From positions 77,089 through 141,088 of the forward strand of contig DAME01000003.1 of NCBI GenBank assembly GCA_002499545.1: a stretch of 64,000 nucleotides of DNA, read 5' to 3'. Of the stretch, positions 28,301 through 35,097 are shown piece after piece. Each line of letters starts with the position of its first letter. Position 1 is the stretch's first letter. Source of the stretch: Euryarchaeota archaeon UBA88. Its GTDB lineage: Archaea > Thermoplasmatota > Poseidoniia > Poseidoniales > Poseidoniaceae. The notes beneath the pieces were generated by a model, which was not told the DNA's origin, searched no databases, and was given only the letters and a program-made list of their open reading frames with translations. A program made the position numbers and the translations under genes.

Positions 28301-31300
28301 TGAAACCAATTGTTCCACAATCGCTTCATCGGTATGAACGCCTACCGGAGCAGGTACTGGTTCGGGAGGTGAATCGGTCTTGACGGGTTGTGGTTCTGCT
28401 GCTGGTTCGACGACTGCTTGGACTGTTGATTTGCCCCCCGTCATGGTTTGAATGTACGCAATCATGTGGTTCAGCGTCGGATAGTCTGAGAGAACAAATG
28501 CTTCATCGACGGGAAGAGAAAACCGTTCCCTGATCTCTGCCATGATTTCTGCTTGTTTGACCGTATCAATACCTAATTCGCCTTCGAGATCTTGGTCTAA
28601 TTCAATGAAGTCACTCGGATAGCCCGTATGATTGACAACGACTTCTACAACTGTAGCGATGAGTTGAGAATCATCGACTGAGGGCCTGGGCCCGGTTTGA
28701 GGAATGGTTTCCGTCGTTGGTACTTCTTTGACTGGTGATTCGGGTACTACAGGGATTTCAGCGGATTGTGAAGGTGCAGCAACTGGCGAACCAGATGTCA
28801 TTCGTTCGATGTACGCAATCATGTGATTAAGGGTCGGATAGTCTGAAAGAATGAACTCTTCATCGACTGGAAGTGAGAACTTTTCTCGGATTTCAGCCAT
28901 GATTTCCGCTTGCTTAACGGTGTCAATACCTAATTCACCTTCCAAGTCTTGTTCTAATTCGACAAAGTCTGCAGGATACCCCGTATGATTGACGACTACT
29001 TCTACAACCGTGGCAACCAAATCGTCAGGTGCTGAAGTCGGTAGCGTTGAGTGGACAACTGGAACTGGTTCTGGCATCGGAACTGGTTCTGGGGCAGGTG
29101 ACGGTTCTGTAACTTCAGCACTCATGCTTGGCATTCCTTCCCAAGCAGCCGTGACGTCCCAAGGCAGACCCTGTACGCCGCCATGTAGGTTCTCATCCCC
29201 TTTCACATATGCAACCAATTTGTTTTCAAGAATTCGTAAGACAACGTCTTCCGTGCCTGCGAGACCTCTTGACCATGCCAAGAATTGCGCACCGTTGATT
29301 CGTTCGCCGACAACCGGCCACTTGCGAACCAAAGACAGTGCTACTTGAGACCCAAAACCTGCAGCAAAGCGTAACCCGTACTCCAAGTGCGGATATTCGC
29401 CACCCTTGGAGAGGTTCAAATTTCCGAGCTCCGGATCGGTTTCTTTATGATTCGCAATCGGAGGGATGCGCCCGGTTTCCAGTCCGTACAACATGCTTGC
29501 ATCCTCGATACCTACACCCATTGGATGGCCAGTGAATCCTTTGGTGTTAGCAATGACAAGCGAGTCAGTGCTTTGGCCAAACGTATCGCGCAGAGCGCGG
29601 ACTTCTGATTGGGCTGAACCCCCACGAGCAGGTGTGAATGTTTCATGCGAGAAGAACACCGTTTTTGGCGCCATTTCATGTCGGTCAAGGTCCCATTTCT
29701 GTTCCATAGAACCGATGAATTGGTCAACAATTTCAGCAACGTGATCCACGTCTAATCGGGTCCCATGGAATGCTGAATTTGCAGTCGTGGCACCAAGTAA
29801 TTCTGCGATAGGTTGTACACCCCTTTCGGCTGCGACTGAATGCCGTTCAACGACGAATGCTGCAGCACCCATACCTAAGATCAACCCGTTTCGACGGCGG
29901 TCAAACGGCAAAGCAGTTTCTTCAACCACATTACCCGTGGCAGCGGCACCTGAAGCTGCAAAGCCGCTTCCAATCCATTCCCACAGATCATCGCCAGTGA
30001 CATCATCTGCTGAGATGATGACAACACGGTCGACTCGATCGCTGTTCAACCAGTCTTCAGCGACACCAAATGCAGCAGTTGAGGATGCGCATGCGAGATT
30101 AATGGTCGTGTTCGGTCCGCGAATCCCAGAATATTGGGCAAATTGTGAATGACCCATGTTGAGAGTCTGGAACAAGTATCGACGGTCAAACCGTCCCTCT
30201 CCATCATCTCCGTTGGTTTTCGCATGCTGCATCGCTTTTTGCAACCCAGGGAAGCAGGATGCGAACACGACACCCGTTCGTTCACGTCGATGTTGAGGTA
30301 CTTCCCAATTCCGAATTAAACGAAGGCCGCCCTTGCCAATTTGCTCGTTTGGAGTGAGCGGTATTCCGGCATCTCTCAGGGCCAAAAGCCCCGCTGCAAC
30401 ACCCAATTGTGTCGTGATGTCCCATGCCAATATGGATTTAGGGTCGATTCCGAATTCATCTGCTAAATCAAACGCTGCCTTCACCCCAGCAAGTTGAGGT
30501 ATGTCTCCAAACTCAGTTGCTTGTTCCATGTTCACAGAACCGTCTCGGCCTTTGATGAGGCGGACGATGTTCTTGTCGAGGAGGCGTTGTTTGTATTCGT
30601 CACTGACTTCAGAGATACAGGTCTCACCTCGAATGAGACGCTCAAAGGTGTCTTCTTCAAAGACGCGTTCTCCTCCGGGTAGACCCAACGACACCCCTGT
30701 GATGACATACGGGTCTGCTTTGCGTTGTTCGTGCAGCGACGGTGAAGATGAGTGCTGAACCGATGCACTTGGGACTGCGTGTACCATTGAGGTGCGAGGC
30801 GTCCATGCTGGTGGCGGGCCCTCGACCCAAGCCATCAAGTCGGACGCGAGAACCAAACTGGAACGGTCGATGTCTGGCTTCGTAGAAGTCTCGGTAGAGA
30901 TGGTATGGAGTAAGGAGGTCACCTTTTGCTCAGACAGGCCAAGGCCTGCTCGAAGGTTGACATTACCGTTACAGAATCGAGAGGGGTATCCGCTCAGTGC
31001 CGCTAATCGGTCCCCGATGTAGGCCTCTTTGGCTTCACGGGCTGCAACTTCAGGGTCGATGATTTTTGATTGTTGAACCGTGACGGTTCGAGGTAGTGCA
31101 GCAGGAGAAGAGCTTTCAACGGTGGGCAAAGGACGTGAACGGGTCCGCAAATCCTCCACGTGCGAGGACAATTTTGGTGATGGATTAGCTACGTGATAGG
31201 CTTCTAATGGCCCGGCACGGAATCCTTCAGAGAGGACGGTCGAGGTTCCAGCTGGCCAGATGGGTTGACGGCCGGCTAGAGCTAGCGTACCCAATGCGGA

Positions 31301-34192
31301 GAGGAAAGAAGCAATACCGCCCTGCTTGGGGTGGTTTGTCATGATTGGAAGATGGGGTTGGTCTTCTAGAATTTGAACAGCAAACATTGTCAATGCCCGC
31401 TTTGGACCTACTTCAAGGAACACTCGGGCACCTGCCTCATACATGGTTTCAATTTGTGTCGTCCATTCGACCGCTGATGCCATTTGTGGTGCTAACTTTT
31501 CAAGAATACCTGCCTTCGAATCTTTTCCTTCAGTGGGATAAAATTGTCCGTCGACGTTCGCAGTGATTGGGATACTAGGCCAGCGAATCTCGAGCCCTTC
31601 GAGGAAACGGCGAAGTGGTTCGTTCGCAGGGGCGACGATGCGTGAATGGAATGCGTGAGATGTAGCGAGGGGGACGCACTGGAAACCTTTGGCATCAAAC
31701 GTAGCCACGGCATTCTTGACAGCGTCGGTTTCCCCAGCAATTACGGTCATCTTCGGAGAGTTCTTGTTGGCAGCAATAACGTAGCCATCCGCTTCACTCA
31801 GCACAGCCGCAACCTCATCGTAAGGCGCCATAATACTCGCCATCAGCCCTTTATCATCGATTACGACCGAGCCCATTTCAGTACCTCGTGCCGCAGAAGC
31901 ACGCAGGGCGCCGTCCATGTCAAGAATTCCTGCAGACATCAAGGCAGCGTATTCACCAAGTGAGTGCCCAGCGACCATATCGGGCTTTTGCCCATGGTCA
32001 TTCAGTGCTCGTTCAATGGCTAAGTCGGCTGTAAGCATGGCAGGTTGAGTGTATTCAGTTTGCTTCAGTTTGAATTCTGCTTCTTTGAGTTGCTCTTTAT
32101 CCAGATTCGCACGGAGGACGAAACTGGAAAGCGTTTCTCCGTCAAGAACCTCGACCATCGTTCTGTCAGCTTGCGCCCACACCTCTTGGACTGATGAAAA
32201 ACGTTGATACAAGTCATAGGTCATACCGACATACTGACTACCCTGGCCCGGATACATGTGGGCTATCTTTGCCTGAGAAGGAAGTGGAGGATCGTTGGTA
32301 ATGAGAACGCCTTGGGCCTGTAAGAACCCCCATTTCTCTGAATCGTCCATCGCTTTCAGGGCCAGAGCGGTTCGCTTGTGGAACTCGGACCATGATGTTG
32401 CAACAATGCACATTCGGAATGACGCCTTGGCATCAAATTCAGACGACATATGGTTCAATACGATCGATAATCGTTGACCGTGGGGGTCGCTGTCGAAATG
32501 TTCGCCGTCCAGTTCCAATGATTCAATCTGCGACTTCAACCCGGATAGTTCGTCTGCCGAGAGCAGGAGAATTCCCCCCTCAATCGCCTTCAACTCGTCG
32601 TGAGTCATGCTTGGTGTGGCGGTGGAATCGAGTATAGATGGTGATTCAGGCACCGTATTCGTACCAATTGTGGAAGTGTTTTTGGCATAAGCATCCCATC
32701 GATTCTGCCATTGTGAAGCAAGTTCTGCGTGATAGTCTGGCTCATATCCTTCTAGAGCGACGTGAAAATTCGTGCCCCCAAATCCGAAGGCAGAGACTCC
32801 GGCTCGGCGAGGATGACCTTCTGGACGTGGCCAGTCACGGGCCTCAGTTGGTACGAAGAACGGGATATTCCCCCAGTCGACGGTGGGATTTGGAGTCTTG
32901 AAACCGGCAGAAGGGGGGATTGTTCGATGGTGAAGGGCCATGGCTGATTTGATCAGGCCAGCGATTCCCGCAGCAGCCTTCAAGTGGCCGATTTGTGACT
33001 TTATTGAACCGACTGCGACATGGTCACCCGGTGGTGAACCATCCCATATAAGCGAAAGAGAGCCCAATTCAGTTGCGTCTCCAACCTTGGTTGAAGTCCC
33101 GTGCGCTTCGATGAGTTCCACTGTCGTAGCATTGTATCCCGCTTGCTCGTACGCACGGGCAATCGCTTGGAGTTGGCCGCGCTGACTTGGAGCAGTGATT
33201 CCCTTGCCCCTACCATCAGATGAACCACCGACGCCCCGAATGACAGCATACACTTCGTCGCCATCATGAATCGCATCGTTCAAGCGCTTGAGGACAAATG
33301 CGCCTGCACCCTCGCCCATCACGAAACCGTTTGCTCCAGCGTCAAAAGGCGTCGAATGTGTTGGTGAAAGGGCGCCAATCGCGCTGAACTTCGCGTACGT
33401 AGGGGCGTCTAAGCTTCGGTCCGTAGCGCCAGCAACCATGGTGTCGACTTGTCGCATCTGTAAGGCGCGACAAGCGTCGAGAACTGCTGCCAAGGACGAG
33501 GCACATGCCGCGTCCATTGCGTAATTGGGACCTTGGAGGTCGAGAAGATTCGCTACCCTTCCAGCAACAACGTTCGCTAATTCACCTGGCATGGTGTCTT
33601 CATTGATGCGAGGGGTGTTTTGAATCATAGAATCGACGAAAGCTTTCGCATTCGAATCCGGAAGCCCCTGTGCTTTGGCAAGTTCTGAGACGTGATTCGA
33701 ATAAATCCGGATGTTGGAAAGGTTTCGGTTCTCGCCACCTAATGCATTCGCAAATGCAACTCCAGTACGCTTTCGGTCGATGTCTTTCTCAACGCCATCA
33801 TACCCTGCTTGTTCAATTGCAGCGGCAGCGACGCTGACCGCCCATTGCTGGCTCAAATCGATTTGAGATAATGTTCCTGGTGGCTGCTTCCAGCGCCGCC
33901 AATCGAATTCATACCCCTCGACCATTGCACCAATTTTCGAATAAGTGAATCCTTCCTCGATATTACCCGGTCCGCCTTCGCGATAGAAATGCTTCATCGG
34001 CCCGGTCCAGCGGTCATCCCGCAGCGTCCGAATACTGACTTTGGCATCGAGAATGTTTTGCCAAAACGCATCGATATCTGGGGCATCGGGCATCAGTGCT
34101 GAAATCCCAACCACTGCAATGGGTTCAAACGGACCTTGGTCAAGGCCCTCGATTTCGTTTCCTTTCGAATCTTTAACCATAGAATCCCTCAT
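25373..34192 (-). CDS. Iterative type I PKS / PUFA-synthase-like megasynthase, KS-AT-KS-ACPx3-KR-DH
   Basis: The track ORF starts at 34291 and overlaps fabI. ATG 34192 overlaps the fabI stop as ATGA (alternative ATG 34180 with GAGGGA upstream). Domain motifs are listed in the sub-features below. Confidence 0.95.
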   Translation of the reverse strand: MRDSMVKDSKGNEIEGLDQGPFEPIAVVGISALMPDAPDIDAFWQNILDAKVSIRTLRDDRWTGPMKHFYREGGPGNIEEGFTYSKIGAMVEGYEFDWRRWKQPPGTLSQIDLSQQWAVSVAAAAIEQAGYDGVEKDIDRKRTGVAFANALGGENRNLSNIRIYSNHVSELAKAQGLPDSNAKAFVDSMIQNTPRINEDTMPGELANVVAGRVANLLDLQGPNYAMDAACASSLAAVLDACRALQMRQVDTMVAGATDRSLDAPTYAKFSAIGALSPTHSTPFDAGANGFVMGEGAGAFVLKRLNDAIHDGDEVYAVIRGVGGSSDGRGKGITAPSQRGQLQAIARAYEQAGYNATTVELIEAHGTSTKVGDATELGSLSLIWDGSPPGDHVAVGSIKSQIGHLKAAAGIAGLIKSAMALHHRTIPPSAGFKTPNPTVDWGNIPFFVPTEARDWPRPEGHPRRAGVSAFGFGGTNFHVALEGYEPDYHAELASQWQNRWDAYAKNTSTIGTNTVPESPSILDSTATPSMTHDELKAIEGGILLLSADELSGLKSQIESLELDGEHFDSDPHGQRLSIVLNHMSSEFDAKASFRMCIVATSWSEFHKRTALALKAMDDSEKWGFLQAQGVLITNDPPLPSQAKIAHMYPGQGSQYVGMTYDLYQRFSSVQEVWAQADRTMVEVLDGETLSSFVLRANLDKEQLKEAEFKLKQTEYTQPAMLTADLAIERALNDHGQKPDMVAGHSLGEYAALMSAGILDMDGALRASAARGTEMGSVVIDDKGLMASIMAPYDEVAAVLSEADGYVIAANKNSPKMTVIAGETDAVKNAVATFDAKGFQCVPLATSHAFHSRIVAPANEPLRRFLEGLEIRWPSIPITANVDGQFYPTEGKDSKAGILEKLAPQMASAVEWTTQIETMYEAGARVFLEVGPKRALTMFAVQILEDQPHLPIMTNHPKQGGIASFLSALGTLALAGRQPIWPAGTSTVLSEGFRAGPLEAYHVANPSPKLSSHVEDLRTRSRPLPTVESSSPAALPRTVTVQQSKIIDPEVAAREAKEAYIGDRLAALSGYPSRFCNGNVNLRAGLGLSEQKVTSLLHTISTETSTKPDIDRSSLVLASDLMAWVEGPPPAWTPRTSMVHAVPSASVQHSSSPSLHEQRKADPYVITGVSLGLPGGERVFEEDTFERLIRGETCISEVSDEYKQRLLDKNIVRLIKGRDGSVNMEQATEFGDIPQLAGVKAAFDLADEFGIDPKSILAWDITTQLGVAAGLLALRDAGIPLTPNEQIGKGGLRLIRNWEVPQHRRERTGVVFASCFPGLQKAMQHAKTNGDDGEGRFDRRYLFQTLNMGHSQFAQYSGIRGPNTTINLACASSTAAFGVAEDWLNSDRVDRVVIISADDVTGDDLWEWIGSGFAASGAAATGNVVEETALPFDRRRNGLILGMGAAAFVVERHSVAAERGVQPIAELLGATTANSAFHGTRLDVDHVAEIVDQFIGSMEQKWDLDRHEMAPKTVFFSHETFTPARGGSAQSEVRALRDTFGQSTDSLVIANTKGFTGHPMGVGIEDASMLYGLETGRIPPIANHKETDPELGNLNLSKGGEYPHLEYGLRFAAGFGSQVALSLVRKWPVVGERINGAQFLAWSRGLAGTEDVVLRILENKLVAYVKGDENLHGGVQGLPWDVTAAWEGMPSMSAEVTEPSPAPEPVPMPEPVPVVHSTLPTSAPDDLVATVVEVVVNHTGYPADFVELEQDLEGELGIDTVKQAEIMAEIREKFSLPVDEEFILSDYPTLNHMIAYIERMTSGSPVAAPSQSAEIPVVPESPVKEVPTTETIPQTGPRPSVDDSQLIATVVEVVVNHTGYPSDFIELDQDLEGELGIDTVKQAEIMAEIRERFSLPVDEAFVLSDYPTLNHMIAYIQTMTGGKSTVQAVVEPAAEPQPVKTDSPPEPVPAPVGVHTDEAIVEQLVSIVVKHTGYPSDFIELDQDLEGELGIDTVKQAEIMGDVRDAFELPIDEEFILSDHPTLNHFIAYIVLMRGGSATEISIAPVEHAQPSDFAVAETLLLDDSPDPCRRWQVEVEECQGTSSPLSLEGTIVVTDDGWGIAEALCQKIEARGLAAVRVGFESDIRDMSTQMEGQRTVFRADPANPEHIAKVCSELSSHNVAGIVHMAPLKLAGASWVEDTIPSSQIALAAHGYFGLLKGFDAALSTRNDGLVASVTALDGRHGNIGERFNAVQCAASGVTKSYSFERQHVRSRALDLHPELILDADEAALQVEHDLFNIGGEVEIGLDRDGRRWTLVAFAEDSSNVETPLKSDDTWIVSGGGSGVTAASIIGVAQQSSNIGAHFALLGRSHLIEETNEWLAWSDEQLSDRKNALRSSMIDAKNGDKVTMVEWNNAWQNFTRSRDVHLTIKTIEDTGNTASYHSVNVTDVDGLKKVGSQLGRPITGIVHGAGLEDSKLVADKDNQVFDNVVRVKVDGWQALIAAVEASQSDGLRFAACFTSVAGRFGNNGQTDYAAANSVLDAEMARLTATGTCRAVSIAWTGWRDVGMATRGSFQAVFDAAGIDTISVEKGVEIFVDEALKGGKRRVLGCGRLGLMDVHDVFRESPLRLPAEMAAILADPYRFPFIDKVLDYSEGTTLTTQSTLSVADHPFLSDHAIDGVPYHPGVMALEMFAEGALLLRPSACLAGFEEVTFGLPVKLLRGAMTVRVQCDLLRSEGGMSWVSCQLLSDLTNSKGEVFGQREHHVAVVRLVELHDDLGPFLQSEVDALPHIGTPAMGELSELPSFIYRRYFHGPRFQSHGGVLRGVGDVETPGADGIALMRHQLPVLDQFALETQGEVVLLEALPMLIEAGFQNAGLVAMESEGFSSLPVGIEWSSMLRVPERDEVLRMRSLRTSVEDAGITVHDVVIIGDDDAPVIAMKGLRLKSMAPVPDEQAFTLER
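25412..26329 (-). other. Megasynthase domain DH (PKS-type double hot-dog dehydratase)
   Basis: LSDHAIDGVPYHPG matches H-x3-G-x4-P (His2687). The C-terminal hot-dog half contains GPRFQ... Confidence 0.75.
26432..27994 (-). other. Megasynthase domain KR (ketoreductase with structural subdomain)
   Basis: TWIVSGGGSGVTAASIIG Rossmann motif, GIVHGAGLED and catalytic GQTDYAAANSVLDA. Confidence 0.85.
28094..29023 (-). repeat. Three tandem acyl-carrier-protein domains (coding repeat, period 357 and 342 nt)
   Basis: Three copies of ...VVNHTGYPSDFIELDQDLEGELGIDTVKQAEIMAEIRE.F.LPVDE.F.LSDYPTLNHMIAYI... separated by P/E/V-rich linkers. The copies differ at many synonymous sites. Confidence 0.9.
29318..30715 (-). 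other. Megasynthase domain KS2 (second, apparently catalytically intact ketosynthase)
   Basis: INLACASSTAAF (Cys1401, codon 30089-30091), PFDRRRNGLILGMGAAAFVVE, SAFHGTRLD (His1509) and NTKGFTGHPMG (His1589). Confidence 0.85.
31352..32266 (-). other. Megasynthase domain AT (malonyl-type acyltransferase)
   Basis: YPGQGSQYVGM, GHSLGEYAA (Ser777, codon 31961-31963) and the SHAFHS (HAFH) motif associated with malonyl specificity. Confidence 0.9.
32747..34129 (-). other. Megasynthase domain KS1 (ketosynthase)
   Basis: EPIAVVGISALMPDA, DAACASS (Cys263 in ORF-track numbering, codon 33503-33505), EAHGTSTKVGD and GSIKSQIGH. Confidence 0.9.
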
Positions 34193-34983
34193 TGGTCCAT
34201 AATGCTCGGAGGCACCATCGTGATTGAGTATCCACCATCGACGTAAATGCATTGGCCGGTCACGCCACTTGCAAGAGGACTTGCAAGCCACAGCGTGGCA
34301 CCTGCAACGTCTTCTTGGTTGACATTTCTCCTCAAAGGAGCGTTTTCCTCGACGTGAGCAAGGATGTTATCGAAACCAGGGACTCCGCTTGCGGCAATGG
34401 TGCGAATCGGCCCGGAAGATATGGCGTTAACTCGGTGACCTTCGGGGCCTAAATGGCATGCAAGTTCGCGAGTCCAACATTCAAGGGCTGCTTTGGCCAT
34501 CGACATAATACCATAATTTGGAACGAATCTATTGGAAGCAGCGTAGGTCAGAGTGATCGTTGAAGAACCGGGGTTAAGGTACGGAAGTGCATGCTTCAAA
34601 CAGCGTTGAAGTGAGTTGGCAGAAATGGTCATTGCCGTGTTAATATCGGTGTCTTCAACGAAAAGAATTGGGCGGTCGAAGCAGGCTCGAGGTGCAAAGC
34701 CGATGGCGTGAATGAGGATATCTGCCTTCTTACCAGGGTGTTCTTTCTCAAAGGCTTCGAAGAATTCACGAGTCGTTGCGTCTTCTGCAACATCCAGAGG
34801 ATAAAATCCCCCTATCTGTGGAAGTTTGTCCTTCAGTTGGAAAATACGACTCATGAATCTTTTCTGATAACCGAGATACAGCGTCACACCTGCGGCAGCG
34901 AGATGTTGACAAATCGCCCAAGCAATGGAATCTTCACTGGCGACTCCGAAAACGAAGGCTGTCTTTCCTTGTAATTTGAGCAT
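34189..34983 (-). CDS. fabI: Enoyl-[ACP] reductase, FabI type
   Basis: GKTAFVFGVASEDSIAWAI, NYGIMSMAKAALE (Y-x6-K) and SSGPIRTIAASG. Start taken at Met14 with GGTTGGTG upstream (the track ORF starts at 35022). Confidence 0.9.
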   Translation of the reverse strand: MLKLQGKTAFVFGVASEDSIAWAICQHLAAAGVTLYLGYQKRFMSRIFQLKDKLPQIGGFYPLDVAEDATTREFFEAFEKEHPGKKADILIHAIGFAPRACFDRPILFVEDTDINTAMTISANSLQRCLKHALPYLNPGSSTITLTYAASNRFVPNYGIMSMAKAALECWTRELACHLGPEGHRVNAISSGPIRTIAASGVPGFDNILAHVEENAPLRRNVNQEDVAGATLWLASPLASGVTGQCIYVDGGYSITMVPPSIMDQ

Positions 34984-35097
34984 AAATGCACCAACCCAAT
35001 GGGTAGATGTTGGCTGACACACCAGTCCTATGACTGTTCCCTCTCATGGAATAAAGAAAACAGTGGTTCTGCAACCCTTTTTTGACGGCCGAAACGG

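Noticed and set aside
28094-29023. Periodic DNA repeat that might be mistaken for a CRISPR array or a satellite.
   Set aside because: The period is 342-357 nt and lies entirely in-frame within the megasynthase. The units encode ACP domains with P/E-rich linkers. There are no short direct repeats with unique spacers.
34193-34291. N-terminal 33 codons of the track ORF for the megasynthase (MACKSSCKWRDRPMHLRRWW...).
   Set aside because: This extension would overlap the 3' end of fabI by about 100 nt and is Cys/Arg/Trp-rich with no KS homology. ATG 34192 forms an ATGA junction with the fabI stop, and KS homology begins about 20 residues later.
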